Origin: Candidatus Rifleibacteriota bacterium | Lineage (GTDB): Bacteria; Vulcanimicrobiota; Xenobia; Xenobiales; Xenobiaceae | Reading direction: 5' to 3' | Assembly (NCBI GenBank): GCA_900772775.1 | Contig: CAAGRW010000134.1 | Coordinates: 6,866 to 70,865 of the forward strand | Length of the DNA stretch: 64,000 nt | Part shown: one piece after another, positions 1 through 9,616 of the stretch | Position numbering within the stretch: position 1 is the stretch's first letter | Layout of the letters: each line of letters begins with the position of its first letter | Program-made: the position numbers and the translations under genes | Notes under the pieces: generated by a model | Seen by the model: only the letters and a program-made list of their open reading frames with translations | What the model was told of the DNA's origin: nothing | Database searches by the model: none

Positions 1-776
1 ATCTTGTCCAAAGTGTGGCGAGCGAACTCGTAGCCCAACAAAGTGGGATTGCACTTTACGAAAGTGTTGAGCTTTTTGGTTTCGATAAGGTAAGAAGCGA
101 TGCGCTCAATCTCTTGGGGCGGGCAGCCGTGCAAGGTGGAAAGAGTGATGGAGCGGCAAACGTGAGGATTGATTTTCTCGACATATTCGGCGCTGACATT
201 GGGCAAACGATCTAAATTATTTAAAGCCCACTGACGGCATTCTTGCCAAACTTCGGTCTTGGAAGCGTCTTTTAAACCTTCGATGAAGTTGTCGATCTTG
301 GGAGAGCAAATGCCTTTGAAGTCGTAGCCTACGCTCATATTGAAGACGAAGCCATTGGGATCGCCCCAGCCGAATTGAGCGCTTAAAAGTTTCAAAGCCC
401 ACCAAGCTTTGACATATTCGCCGAAAGCGTCTTGAACGCGAAGTTCGGTAGACCACTCGACGTTGTAGCACTCGTCGTTGGCGGCAATACAAGGCTTAGC
501 CACGGGCAAATCTTCGCCGTCCAAAGTCTGGACGGTCTTAAGCTCGAAGAAACGGCTGCCAGCGAAGTAAGCGGCGATAATATTTTGGCTCAGCTGGGTG
601 TGAGGGCCGGCGGCCGGGCCAAAGGGAGTCTCTAAGGATTCGCCAAAAATTTCCAACTTTTTGGCTGCAGGCTTAAAGGGGTGATTGATAGAGAAGACGG
701 TGCCCTTTTGCGCATACTCGCTGAGGATGCGGTTCATTAAGGGGCCAAAGGCCAAAGGCGTCATTCTGTCGGACAT
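1..776 (-). CDS. Partial CDS running off the window start; N-terminal part of a DHOD/DPD-like TIM-barrel oxidoreductase, possibly YgfK-like
   Basis: Manual minus-strand translation from the ATG at 776..774 gives MSDRMTPLAFGPLMNRILSEYAQKGTVFSINHPFKP...ETPFGPAAGPHTQLSQNIIAAYFAGSRFFELKTVQ..., a DHOD/DPD-like substrate-site pattern. I did not see stops reading through to position 1. The ORF track omits it because it is truncated. It sits next to an ssnA-like gene, as in the E. coli ygfK-ssnA region. Confidence 0.5.
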   Translation of the reverse strand, partial: MSDRMTPLAFGPLMNRILSEYAQKGTVFSINHPFKPAAKKLEIFGESLETPFGPAAGPHTQLSQNIIAAYFAGSRFFELKTVQTLDGEDLPVAKPCIAANDECYNVEWSTELRVQDAFGEYVKAWWALKLLSAQFGWGDPNGFVFNMSVGYDFKGICSPKIDNFIEGLKDASKTEVWQECRQWALNNLDRLPNVSAEYVEKINPHVCRSITLSTLHGCPPQEIERIASYLIETKKLNTFVKCNPTLLGYEFARHTLDK

Positions 777-830
777 GTAAGAAAACTCCTTAAATATTGG
801 TAGGTAGTAGATAAAAGATTAGGTGAAAAA

Positions 831-2159
831 TTAAGCGTTGACAGCTTCCCAAAGCTTAGCGGCGCTGGCGCGGCACTGCTTCATAAGGTCGGCTTCGTCG
901 GCCACCAAGATCTTGCGGTCGGCCATAAGCACTTTACCGTTGCAAATGGTGTGAGTTACGGAGCGACCGTTCATACCGAAGAGGATATGGCCATTGCAAT
1001 TGCTGCCATTCATGGGAGTGAGAGGATCGTAGTCGGTTACGATTACGTCGGCGTAAGCGCCCTCTTTGAGCACGCCCAAAGGTTTGCGGAAGAAGCGGGC
1101 AGCGATCTTAGCGTTGTTTTCAAAGAGCATAGCGGGAATTTCGCCCCAAGCTACGGTCGGATCGCCAAGGTGGTGTTTGTGGATAATATTGCCAACTTTG
1201 TAGCTTTCCAACATGTCGTTGGTGTAGCCGTCGGTACCTAAGCCTAAGGTGAGTCCTTCTTTGAAGAGTTGAATGACAGGGCCGCAACCTACAGCGTTAC
1301 CCATATTGGACTCGGGATTGTGTACAACCATGGTGTTGGTCTCTTTAAGCAAATGCATTTCGGCGGGACTGACGTGGACGCAGTGGATGGCCAAGGTCTT
1401 TTCGCCTAAAATGTTCTGCTCATAGAGGCGCTCGACGATACGTTTGCCATATTTGTGCAAGGAATCGGAAACGTCGGAGGGGCCTTCGGCTACGTGAATA
1501 TGATAACCAGCTTCGCGTCCTTTGTGGTCGGCGCAGAAAGCTAAAGTCTTGTCACTTAAAGTGAAAGCGGCGTGTAAGCCCATCATGGCGTGGATCATGT
1601 CGGAGTCGTCTTTGGCAGCTTCGTTGATCATGCGCTCATTTTCGAAAACGGATTCTTCCATTTTCTGCTGGCCGTCGCGATCGGACACTTCGTAGCATAC
1701 GCAAGCGCGTACGCCCAGCTCTTTGGCGGGTTTTACGATCTGATCGAGGCTGTAAGGAATGTCGCCATAGCTGGCATGGTGGTCGAAAATAGTGGTGACG
1801 CCATTTTTAATGCAATCGGTGAAAACAGCGTAAGCAGAAAGAAGATCGTTCTCTAAAGTGAGTTTACGGTCGATTCTCCACCACATTCCCTCGAGAATAT
1901 CGTTGAAGTTTTTAGGATTATAATTAGTAAGAGAGAGGCCGCGGGCGAAAGCACTGTAAATATGGTTGTGGGCATTGATAAGGCCGGGCATAATGACGCC
2001 ACCTTTGGCGTCGATAAACTGAGCGTCGCTATATTTGGCTTTAAGAGCCGCAAAATCGCCCACTTCTTTAATGATGTTTCCTTCGATGGCTACAGCGCCA
2101 TTCTCGTAGAAACCGTTGTTATCACGGGTGATAAGTCTTCCGTTACCAACTAAAAGCAT
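831..2159 (-). CDS. ssnA: Amidohydrolase-superfamily protein, SsnA-like (442 aa)
   Basis: 442 aa. It carries the metal-binding INAHNHIYSAF (HxH) motif and later HIHVAEG and TDGYTND-type motifs typical of the cytosine/guanine deaminase-like amidohydrolase fold. The length matches E. coli SsnA. RBS GGAGAGGA upstream (revcomp of 2163..2172). Confidence 0.75.
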   Translation of the reverse strand: MLLVGNGRLITRDNNGFYENGAVAIEGNIIKEVGDFAALKAKYSDAQFIDAKGGVIMPGLINAHNHIYSAFARGLSLTNYNPKNFNDILEGMWWRIDRKLTLENDLLSAYAVFTDCIKNGVTTIFDHHASYGDIPYSLDQIVKPAKELGVRACVCYEVSDRDGQQKMEESVFENERMINEAAKDDSDMIHAMMGLHAAFTLSDKTLAFCADHKGREAGYHIHVAEGPSDVSDSLHKYGKRIVERLYEQNILGEKTLAIHCVHVSPAEMHLLKETNTMVVHNPESNMGNAVGCGPVIQLFKEGLTLGLGTDGYTNDMLESYKVGNIIHKHHLGDPTVAWGEIPAMLFENNAKIAARFFRKPLGVLKEGAYADVIVTDYDPLTPMNGSNCNGHILFGMNGRSVTHTICNGKVLMADRKILVADEADLMKQCRASAAKLWEAVNA

Positions 2160-2290
2160 TTTTTATCCTCTCCATTGCGCAGATTGAACAGTTGGTATAA
2201 CTTCTAATATACTGCATCTTTATCCTGTTTTTTAGGGCAGTAAAAACATATCGAGACCGAAGGTGCACAGAAGAGAGGTTCAGTCAGTTA

Positions 2291-2319
2291 TTCTTTTTCA
2301 ACGTCTAATGTGGTACAAT
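2291..2319 (+). promoter_or_regulatory. Candidate sigma-70 promoter with an extended -10 (TGg TACAAT at 2311..2319) and a weak -35 (TTCTTT)
   Basis: TGnTACAAT match about 100 nt upstream of the 2422 start codon, in an AT-rich intergenic region. Confidence 0.3.
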
Positions 2320-2421
2320 ATAAACTGGTCAGTTATTTTTTTATTTGTAATTAAATTGAGCTGACGCCGCTGTGGCTGAAGCTGCCAACTAAAAATATTC
2401 GTCGGAGCGAAGATTTGAGCC

Positions 2422-3726
2422 ATGGCATATGATGAAAAACAAAATTCAGATCAGGGATGGAGTAAACCGCGCCTCAAGCCTAAAAAACAAGGCTCGGCCG
2501 AGGGTAAAACGGCTAAAGTAGGCGGCGAAAAAGGTGGCGGCCCTAGCTCTGTCGGCGGTGGACTCAAGGCCAAAATAAGGGCTCGGCGTGAGCAAGAACA
2601 GCTTAAAGACGTCTCTCAAGGTATAAAGGCTCGCTCCAAAGCTTTTAATCGAAAACAGGAAGAAAAGGCCGCTCAAGCAGAGGTTGGCAGTGAGGCCATA
2701 GGCAAAAAGCGCCCTGCCAACAAAAAAAAGTTTAAAAACAACAAATTGTTTGGCCTCACTTTGTTGGCGCCCGGCCTTGATGAGTGCGATCCTGAAGGTG
2801 TGGCCGCCTTAGATGGAACGTTAGCCGCTTGCTTGGGCCAAGCTCCAGCTGCCGCCCAGCCTATTGCCGCAAATGAAAGTTGCAGCGCTCGCCACCCAGC
2901 ACCAGGAGAGGCCGAGCCTTTGCCTATGGCTGCGCCCTCTGCGCCTATAGCTTCGGCGCCTGCACAATCGGTGGCCGCCTTGGCCGACAATGTTTCTGCA
3001 CAGCCGAACTTTGGTGCGCCGCCAGTGGCAGCGCCAGTTTCACCGCTGCGCCCCTATAAGCACCAGCCTCACGAAGCTGGGGGCGAGCTCGAGCCTTATA
3101 TTCCCGGTCGTCGTCCTGCAGCTTCAGCGCCTGCGGTTGCCCAAGGGCAGACATATGCTACATCCGGCGAGGTGTCGGAGGTCGCTGCACCGGCCAAGCC
3201 CGAGTCAAGTGGAGCGGCAGCCAAATTGCAATTGGCTATTCCTACTTCACCTCTTCGTCCTTATCGTGGGCAGCCTCGTGAAGCCGTTTCAGAGCGCAAG
3301 CCTTATATTCCCGGTGTACTCCATCCATCTACACATACTGCGGGCAACTTATCAGCTGCGCCCAACTTCGGAACAGGAACGGCTTCTGTGTACAGTGCCC
3401 CAGTTAGTGCCGCTCACTTGGGCTCCTCAGCTTCTAAAAATACGGTTTTGCCTTTGCCTGTTGGGCGTGCTCACAAAGCGGCCGCTCAAAAAAACAAGGT
3501 GCTTCATGAAGAAGGCGGCAGCTACCGATCATCGGCGCGAGCCAATTCAAATGATGATTTTGGTGGCCAAGCTCGCGAGGCTGCCGGTAAAAATGGCAAC
3601 CACAACCAAGAAACTATTCCTCCTGAAGAGGAAGAGTCCGAAACATCCACTGAAGGCAAATCACTTATAGAATTGTTGGAAAGTGTGCCAGTGGCCAAGC
3701 GCAAAGGCCCAAGTCGCTATGTTTAA
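2422..3726 (+). CDS. Low-complexity Ala/Pro/Gly-rich hypothetical protein with internal repeats (SPLRPY..QP..EPYIPG and SAQPNFG)
   Basis: 434-aa ORF with a very basic K/G-rich N-terminus, a repeated SPLRPY[KR]xQP[HR]EA...[EK]PYIPG motif, and an acidic C-terminus. Overlapping alternative-frame ORFs look like GC-skew artefacts. Confidence 0.5.
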   Translation: MAYDEKQNSDQGWSKPRLKPKKQGSAEGKTAKVGGEKGGGPSSVGGGLKAKIRARREQEQLKDVSQGIKARSKAFNRKQEEKAAQAEVGSEAIGKKRPANKKKFKNNKLFGLTLLAPGLDECDPEGVAALDGTLAACLGQAPAAAQPIAANESCSARHPAPGEAEPLPMAAPSAPIASAPAQSVAALADNVSAQPNFGAPPVAAPVSPLRPYKHQPHEAGGELEPYIPGRRPAASAPAVAQGQTYATSGEVSEVAAPAKPESSGAAAKLQLAIPTSPLRPYRGQPREAVSERKPYIPGVLHPSTHTAGNLSAAPNFGTGTASVYSAPVSAAHLGSSASKNTVLPLPVGRAHKAAAQKNKVLHEEGGSYRSSARANSNDDFGGQAREAAGKNGNHNQETIPPEEEESETSTEGKSLIELLESVPVAKRKGPSRYV

Positions 3727-3934
3727 TACAATATGGCCGCAGTGTGCACAACTAAGTGACATATTTAGGCTTCAATAGATAATTCTACCTTCTAAAAATT
3801 GCCCAAAGGCTGTGCTCTAAGTCGTTTTGAAAGGCAATCAAAGCCTACTTGTGGAAAAAAGTTGGCAAGAAGGATAACGCAAAAAATTTTAGGATACTAT
3901 AAACTAACATATCAGAGTTGATGGCGAGGGAGTT

Positions 3935-5398
3935 GTGAACAGCTCAGGTTATGACAACAAAAATGGAGGGCTAGGCGGCGGTGACGACGCCGGTCGCCTA
4001 GGTTTAAAGTTTGACAATGCCCTTAACGGCGATCATTTAGATCCTGCAACCGTAGTTCATCGTCGGCCTAGTGCTTTGGCTATGCGCCGTGGTACCAATA
4101 TTAGCCCTTACAGACGGGCCAAGCCTACGCCCACTTCTGCTGGCCGAACGGCTCCCAAAAAATACGATACTCCGCCCAGTTTGAGCGCTCAGGGCTACGG
4201 AGATGGTACTTCGGTAAATAGGAGTCCACAAGGCCCGTTCGGCACTACTTCTCAAAATTACGGCGGCGGCTTCCAAGGACAAAACCCTTACAGTGGCTAT
4301 CCAAACCAGCAGTCCGGCTTTGGCAATACCAATTTAGGCAATAGCGGTTTCCAAGGGCAAAATCCTTACGGCGGCTATCCAAATCAGCAGTCCGGTTTTG
4401 GCAATACCAATTTGGGCAATAGCGGCTTCCAAGGACAAAATCCTTACGGTGGCTATCCAAATCAGCAACCCGGTTTTGGCAATACCAATTTGGGTAATAG
4501 CGGTTTCCAAGGACAAAGCCCCTACGGCGGTTACCAAGGTCAACAGCCTGGCTTTGGCGCCAGGACTAATACTTTTTGTCAGACTGGCGGTTTTGGTGCC
4601 CAGACAAATTTAATGGGTCAAACCGGAGGTTTTGGCGCACAAAACAATTCGCCATTTTCCGGCTACGGTACCAATTCTGGAATAGATCGCCGCGAAGGCA
4701 GTTTGAGCGATGTCTTGTTAGCTTCGCGCCGCAGCTCCAATCCCAATGCCGGTTTAGGTGGAGGCATTGGCGGAAATGAATCCGGCGATCCTTCAGAGCC
4801 TTCCGGCCATTTGAGCCCGGCCGAAACTTATGCCAAATTGGTAGAAGAAAGCCAACAAGAGCGCAACTCTTGGCGCGGATTTGTGGCTTGGTTCCAAGGT
4901 GGAGGCAAATATACTGTTTTGAGCTTTATGATCGTAGTGGTGGCTCTTTCAGTCTTTGCTCTATTTTTGTTCCACCGTATCAATAAAGATAACGAAGAAA
5001 CCGCTGGAGAACAGGGCCGCCGCGTTACTGAGTCTGTCTCGGAAGCTGCGTCCGAAACGGATAGCTCCAGGCGCAAATCTCAAGAATACAAAGGCTCTGT
5101 TGTTTCTGGCAATAGCGATAAAAAGGCTGCCGAAGAATATAGTCCCAGAGCTGAGGCTTTGAAAAAGTCAGTTTCTTCTCAATCTAAGTCTCAAGCGGCA
5201 ACCAAGAGTCAGGCCAAAGCTACTACTAAAGCCAAGCCTACCAAGGCTGCTCCGGTCAAGAAAGCTGAACCTAAAGCTGCTCCTCCCAAAGAAGAAGCAT
5301 TTGACGACGAGCCTACCTACTATGGAGAAGAAGGAGACGATTCCGCTTTCCATATGGATGATAACGATTTCGCCCCTTCGGTAGATGTTGAATATTAA
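3935..5398 (+). CDS. Single-TM protein with an N-terminal Gly/Asn/Gln/Tyr-rich 26-aa tandem repeat (x3.5) and a C-terminal Lys/Ala/Pro-rich tail
   Basis: Repeats GFQGQNPYGGYPNQQSGFGNTNLGNS are encoded by imperfect 78-bp DNA repeats across 4268..4560. The differences between copies are mostly synonymous (the encoded 26-aa units are nearly identical), which fits selection on the protein. A single TM segment (YTVLSFMIVVVALSVFALFLF) is followed by a KSQAATKSQAKATTKAKPTKAAPVKK... tail and an acidic end. The GTG start at 3935 is uncertain. Confidence 0.55.
   Translation: MNSSGYDNKNGGLGGGDDAGRLGLKFDNALNGDHLDPATVVHRRPSALAMRRGTNISPYRRAKPTPTSAGRTAPKKYDTPPSLSAQGYGDGTSVNRSPQGPFGTTSQNYGGGFQGQNPYSGYPNQQSGFGNTNLGNSGFQGQNPYGGYPNQQSGFGNTNLGNSGFQGQNPYGGYPNQQPGFGNTNLGNSGFQGQSPYGGYQGQQPGFGARTNTFCQTGGFGAQTNLMGQTGGFGAQNNSPFSGYGTNSGIDRREGSLSDVLLASRRSSNPNAGLGGGIGGNESGDPSEPSGHLSPAETYAKLVEESQQERNSWRGFVAWFQGGGKYTVLSFMIVVVALSVFALFLFHRINKDNEETAGEQGRRVTESVSEAASETDSSRRKSQEYKGSVVSGNSDKKAAEEYSPRAEALKKSVSSQSKSQAATKSQAKATTKAKPTKAAPVKKAEPKAAPPKEEAFDDEPTYYGEEGDDSAFHMDDNDFAPSVDVEY
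4268..4560 (+). repeat. 78-bp imperfect tandem repeat (~3.5 copies) inside CDS 3935..5398
   Basis: Direct reading: ggcttccaaggacaaaacccttacagtggctatccaaaccagcagtccggctttggcaataccaatttaggcaatagc and variants. Confidence 0.8.
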
Positions 5399-5408
5399 TA
5401 TTGTGTAG

Positions 5409-5446
5409 TCGGCCTCAAGTTCTTGTAGCTTTAGGCCGATTTTTTT
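5409..5446 (+). terminator. Rho-independent terminator
   Basis: TCGGCCT...AGGCCGA stem followed by TTTTTTT, 11 nt after the stop codon at 5396..5398. Confidence 0.6.
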
Positions 5447-5585
5447 CGCCCTCTCTCTGGCTAATTGCCATTAAAACTCTTTGTACTTGGGAAGGTAAAA
5501 GGCCCACCTGTTCGAAAGGGTCACACTGTTTGTTTTTTTTGTCTTTTTAAAGGCAGACCTAGTTTTTTATGCGAGGTTTTTTATA

Positions 5586-6572
5586 ATGGTCGCTGCTCAG
5601 AATAAATTTGAGACGACTGGTAGTATTTTGGTTGCCGGCTCGTTGGCGTTCGATTTTATTATGCGCTATGCCGGGCTTTTCAAAGAGCACATTCTGCCTG
5701 AGCGTTTAGATTCTATAAATTTGTCGTTCTTGACTGAGCGAGCCCGCAAAGAGCGCGGCGGCTGCGCTGGCAATATTGCCAACGCTTTGGCTATGTTAGG
5801 AGAACATCCCCGCATAGTGGCTACTGCAGGCGGAGATTTTGAGCAGTATCGTTTCTACCTCGAAAACAGAGGAGTAGATACTTCTTGCATTGCTGTTTAT
5901 GAAGACGAATTGACCGCTACTTGCACAGTTTGTGCCGATAAATGCGACAATCAGCTCACTTTTGTTAGCGTCGGCGCCATGGCTGAAGCTCACAATTTAG
6001 ATTTGAGCAAGTTCGCTACCGAGCAAACTAAGTTGGCGATCATTTCACCCGACGATCCCAAGGCCATGAACCAGCATTGTGAAGAAGCTAGAAAAGCTGG
6101 TATTCCTTTTATTTACGATCCTTCTTTCCAAGTGATCGCTTTTTCCGGTGAGCAGCTTTTGACCGATGTTAAAGGCGCCAAAGCCTTAATTGTCAACGAC
6201 TACGAATTTTCGCTTTTCTTAGATAAGACCGGTTTAACTCAGCCGCAGCTTAATGAAATTGTAGAAGTAATTATTGTTACTAAAGGCGGCGAGGGCAGTA
6301 CCGTTTATACCAATAAAGGTGAAGTTTTACATATCGATCCTGTTAAAGTAGAAGCTGTCGATCCTACTGGCGCTGGCGATGCTTTCCGCGGTGGCTTAAT
6401 CTATGGTTTGCTTCACGGTTTGTCTTTAAAAACTTCCGCTCAATTGGGCAGTGTCTGTGGCGCTTACGCTGTCGAGCATTTAGGCACCCAAAATTACAGT
6501 TTTACTATGGACGCTTTTAAAAGGAGATACGAATCTACTTTTAATGAGCCTGCGCCTAGTTGCTTAGCTTAA
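5586..6572 (+). CDS. PfkB-family carbohydrate/nucleoside kinase (ribokinase-like)
   Basis: 328 aa. PfkB signature 2 DPTGAGDAFRGGLIYGL near the C-terminus, and an N-terminal GSLAFD motif. Confidence 0.8.
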   Translation: MVAAQNKFETTGSILVAGSLAFDFIMRYAGLFKEHILPERLDSINLSFLTERARKERGGCAGNIANALAMLGEHPRIVATAGGDFEQYRFYLENRGVDTSCIAVYEDELTATCTVCADKCDNQLTFVSVGAMAEAHNLDLSKFATEQTKLAIISPDDPKAMNQHCEEARKAGIPFIYDPSFQVIAFSGEQLLTDVKGAKALIVNDYEFSLFLDKTGLTQPQLNEIVEVIIVTKGGEGSTVYTNKGEVLHIDPVKVEAVDPTGAGDAFRGGLIYGLLHGLSLKTSAQLGSVCGAYAVEHLGTQNYSFTMDAFKRRYESTFNEPAPSCLA

Positions 6573-6602
6573 TTTAGTTTCAAGCATAAGGTTAAATATA
6601 GA

Positions 6603-6648
6603 AGAGCCCTCCCTTTTTGTGTAGTAAAAGGGAGGGCTCTTTGGCTTT
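6603..6648. terminator. Bidirectional rho-independent terminator between convergent genes
   Basis: Perfect 15-bp stem AGAGCCCTCCCTTTT/AAAAGGGAGGGCTCT followed by TTGGCTTT. Confidence 0.7.
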
Positions 6649-6718
6649 AGTTGTATGTGCTTGGTGAAAGAAAGTCGGGCCGCAGACATGCGTTTATGCC
6701 TGGGCCGACAAGTCTAAA

Positions 6719-8314
6719 CTAAGGACATACAGCGATACCCCAAGGAGTAGATTGGGGCATAGGTGAACTGGTGTTGATGACGCCGCCGCTGTGGCCGTCC
6801 AAAATGCTGATATTGCTGCTGCCGGTGCAAGCTACGAAAACTTTGTTGCCGTCAGAAGTGCAAGCAATACCTACAGGGCCTTTGCCTACGGGAACGGTGG
6901 CAATAGGCGATTGGTTTTGGCCATTAAGTACGGTGACGTTGTCGGAGCCTTTATTAGTAACAAACACTTTGGAGCCGTCAGGAGTAATGGCTACTCGCTG
7001 AGGGTTGACGCCTACGCGGACGCGGCCCATTTCTTGGAAAGTCCAAGCATCAATTACTGAAAGATCGCCGGAACCGGAATTGGCTACGTAAAGGAAGCGT
7101 CCGTCGGGAGAAAGTTCCATACCGCAAGGGTTGGCGCCTACAGGTAAAGCTTTTTCGGGAATGCCTGTAGAGAGGTTGATAGCTAAAAGCTCACCAGAAG
7201 AGGTGGTGCCCATAGTTACAAACATGCGAGTGCCTTCGCGATTGATAACGGCGGCGCGGGGCTGGCCAGCTTCACCGGTACGCATACGCGGCAATACAAT
7301 AGAGCGTTGGGGAGCGTTGCTGACTGGATCAATTAAAATGACGCTGGGTGAGGCGCTCATTACTGTAGCGATAATGTAGTTGCCATTCTGAGCCATACGT
7401 AAGTCGGTGACAATGCCGCCGGCGGGAATGGAAGTAAGCAACTGGTTGTCGTTAGCAGTATCGTAAATTTGGATCATACGATCGGAAGTGCTGACGTAAA
7501 GTCTGGTGCCCGAAGCATTAAAGGCAGACCAGAAGGGCTGACTGCCCAACGATTTGTAGTTGGGGTTGCCGGGAGCGTCGCCGTTCATGATCATTATGGA
7601 GTTGGGGTTGGCGCTGAAGGTTGAACCTTGCATGGCCGTCATCATATCGTGGGCGCTACCCAATTGGGTGGGCATTTGGGCATTTTGAGCCATAGTATTG
7701 TTGATACCGAAGGGGTTACCTTGGCCCAAAAGGAGCATTTGCGCATAGGATTGAGTGGTTGTTACTGGAGGTGCATTGTAGGAAGTGCTGCTGCCAGCAG
7801 GAGCGCCCTGACCGGCTTTGGCAGCTAAGCAAATGTAGGCTGTGCCAGGATCGATAGGGGCGCGTACGCCTTGCATACCGTTAGACATGGTATTGCCAGG
7901 ATTCATGCCCGGGTTGAGGATCACTGTCACCATGGCTCTTTCGCCAGGCCCTTTAGGCACGGTGACGCTTTTTGTTACCATACCTACGCCAGCTTTTTGT
8001 ACCATCAAGGTGTATTGACCAGGTTTTACAGTAAAGTAAAAGACGCCCTGAGAGTCGGTGACAGCTTTTTGTTTAGTTTCTTGTACAGTTACTTCGCAAG
8101 AATCTAAAGGCTCGTAGGGAACATCAATAGCACTGCGTCCGGGGCGGGAAGTGACTACGCTTCCGCACAAGTTGGGATCGCGATATTTATCAAATTTTTT
8201 ATCGTTATAGTCAGCTTTCTTTTTGGCTATGGCCGGGGCTGCCAAAAGTCCCGCGATAATGGCGGTAACTAAAAACAGCCAAAGAAAATTGACTTTTCCG
8301 GCATATTTGCGCAT
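6719..8314 (-). CDS. Secreted YVTN-type beta-propeller repeat protein with an N-proximal carboxypeptidase-regulatory-like (CarboxypepD_reg/Cna-B-like) domain
   Basis: Signal peptide MRKYAGKVNFLWLFLVTAIIAGLLAAPAIA. Repeated ...SPDGRFLYVANSGSGDLSVID..., ...TPDGSKVFVTNKGSDNVTVL... and ...TSDGNKVFVACTGSSNISILD units (YVTN 40-residue beta-propeller repeats). Confidence 0.7.
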   Translation of the reverse strand: MRKYAGKVNFLWLFLVTAIIAGLLAAPAIAKKKADYNDKKFDKYRDPNLCGSVVTSRPGRSAIDVPYEPLDSCEVTVQETKQKAVTDSQGVFYFTVKPGQYTLMVQKAGVGMVTKSVTVPKGPGERAMVTVILNPGMNPGNTMSNGMQGVRAPIDPGTAYICLAAKAGQGAPAGSSTSYNAPPVTTTQSYAQMLLLGQGNPFGINNTMAQNAQMPTQLGSAHDMMTAMQGSTFSANPNSIMIMNGDAPGNPNYKSLGSQPFWSAFNASGTRLYVSTSDRMIQIYDTANDNQLLTSIPAGGIVTDLRMAQNGNYIIATVMSASPSVILIDPVSNAPQRSIVLPRMRTGEAGQPRAAVINREGTRMFVTMGTTSSGELLAINLSTGIPEKALPVGANPCGMELSPDGRFLYVANSGSGDLSVIDAWTFQEMGRVRVGVNPQRVAITPDGSKVFVTNKGSDNVTVLNGQNQSPIATVPVGKGPVGIACTSDGNKVFVACTGSSNISILDGHSGGVINTSSPMPQSTPWGIAVCP

Positions 8315-8586
8315 CTTTACCTCGCTCTTTTTTTTGATAATTTTGGCTTGATTTTAGTACATAGGCGCCTTTGACTGCAACAAAGGTGCGTTTCGTTTTG
8401 CTTATTTAAGTTTAGAGTGCAAAATAGGCTTGGCATTTTCTTTGGCCAATATATTTTTTTACATATGCGAGATTGTGCCATTAAAAATAGTTTAATAAAG
8501 AGAGGGCTTTAAGCTTGTTGTTGTGAACTTTAAAAACACGGTTTCTTGGCGTTTTTCCCATACTTAAGAAAGTTTAGGTATAAGAA

Positions 8587-8823
8587 ATGACTGTAATGAC
8601 GGCTATTTTTATCTTGGCAGTTTGTGTTTTGCTGATCGTCAAGATGGTTTTTACCATAAAAGACTTACGGCGCCGACAGCGTGAAGGTGAAGAAGCTGAA
8701 GCTGCAGGCTTAAAAAAAGCTGAAAAAACAATGATTGTTATAGCTTCTGTGCTGGGAGTGGTAGCCATTCTCTGTGCGCTTTATGTTGGCGCTGCTTATA
8801 TTCTGGTTTCGGCTATAGACTAG
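8587..8823 (+). CDS. Small two-TM membrane protein, hypothetical
   Basis: 78 aa with two hydrophobic helices flanking a charged RRRQREGEEAEAAGLKKAEK loop. Weak RBS. Confidence 0.4.
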   Translation: MTVMTAIFILAVCVLLIVKMVFTIKDLRRRQREGEEAEAAGLKKAEKTMIVIASVLGVVAILCALYVGAAYILVSAID

Positions 8824-8859
8824 TTCATTTTTTTTGCCCCCCTTGTAAGGAGGTTTGCT

Positions 8860-9573
8860 ATGTTATTAAAACTCACACGTAGAAAAATTTTCAGCTTTTT
8901 AGCTTTACTTTTAATTGTTGGTATCTTTTGTCCTGAGCAAGCTTGGGCTGCTAAAGCCAAAGTCTCTCGCGGTAAAGTTAGCAAAAATGGTGATGCCGTT
9001 ACTTACAATTTAAAATATACGGCCGTTTCTAATTGCAATACTCGCTTCAAGACTAGTCTTATCAATGCTGATGGCTACGTTTTAGCTAGATGGGACGATA
9101 TTGATGTAGCTAAAGGCAAATCTCACAATGAGCCGCAAAGGATGACCAATGTGAGCAAATTGCCTCCTAAAGGCGATATTTTTATTGTAGTAAAAGCTCA
9201 GCCTGCTGCTGGTGGCAGCGAAGGTGAATTTGGTAGTTGGAAATTTGCTTTTAATCGCTCAGGCAAACCCGCTATTTACTGCACTTCCGTCAAGCGAGCC
9301 AATGACAATGGTGAAACTGTTCAGAAGTTCAAATTCCGCTTTGAGGGCGCTTATCCCAAGCATAGTAAAATACGCATAGAAATTTATAATTCTGATGGCA
9401 CTAAGTTAGTTTCGAAAAATCGTACGGCTGGCAAATTTAAAGGCAACTACACTCTCAAGTGGAATGGCTACCCCGATAAAGGTGGTGTGATGTGCAAAAA
9501 CGGCAAGTACATCGTAAAATACTGGATTGAAAATTCGAAGCCTAAGCAAAAAGAAGTCAACTTGAAGTTTTAG
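8860..9573 (+). CDS. Secreted hypothetical protein (signal peptide)
   Basis: Strong RBS AAGGAGG upstream of the ATG. Signal peptide LALLLIVGIFCPEQAWAA. Confidence 0.65.
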   Translation: MLLKLTRRKIFSFLALLLIVGIFCPEQAWAAKAKVSRGKVSKNGDAVTYNLKYTAVSNCNTRFKTSLINADGYVLARWDDIDVAKGKSHNEPQRMTNVSKLPPKGDIFIVVKAQPAAGGSEGEFGSWKFAFNRSGKPAIYCTSVKRANDNGETVQKFKFRFEGAYPKHSKIRIEIYNSDGTKLVSKNRTAGKFKGNYTLKWNGYPDKGGVMCKNGKYIVKYWIENSKPKQKEVNLKF

Positions 9574-9616
9574 TTTAGCGCAGTTTTGATGATTGATAGT
9601 TAAGGAGCTGATATTT

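Noticed and set aside
2446-3704. Multiple overlapping ORFs in other frames and strands inside the low-complexity gene (for example 2990..3670 +, 2673..2990 -, 2945..3154 -)
   Set aside because: They are what is expected from codon-biased, compositionally skewed sequence. Their products are Arg/Leu/Pro-rich nonsense, and the single long frame (2422..3726) accounts for the whole region.
4037-4779. Antisense and alternate-frame ORFs inside the 78-bp repeat region (4245..4460 -, 4334..4543 -, 4398..4613 +)
   Set aside because: They are repeat-generated open frames. They themselves show the same repeat periodicity and have no start signals.
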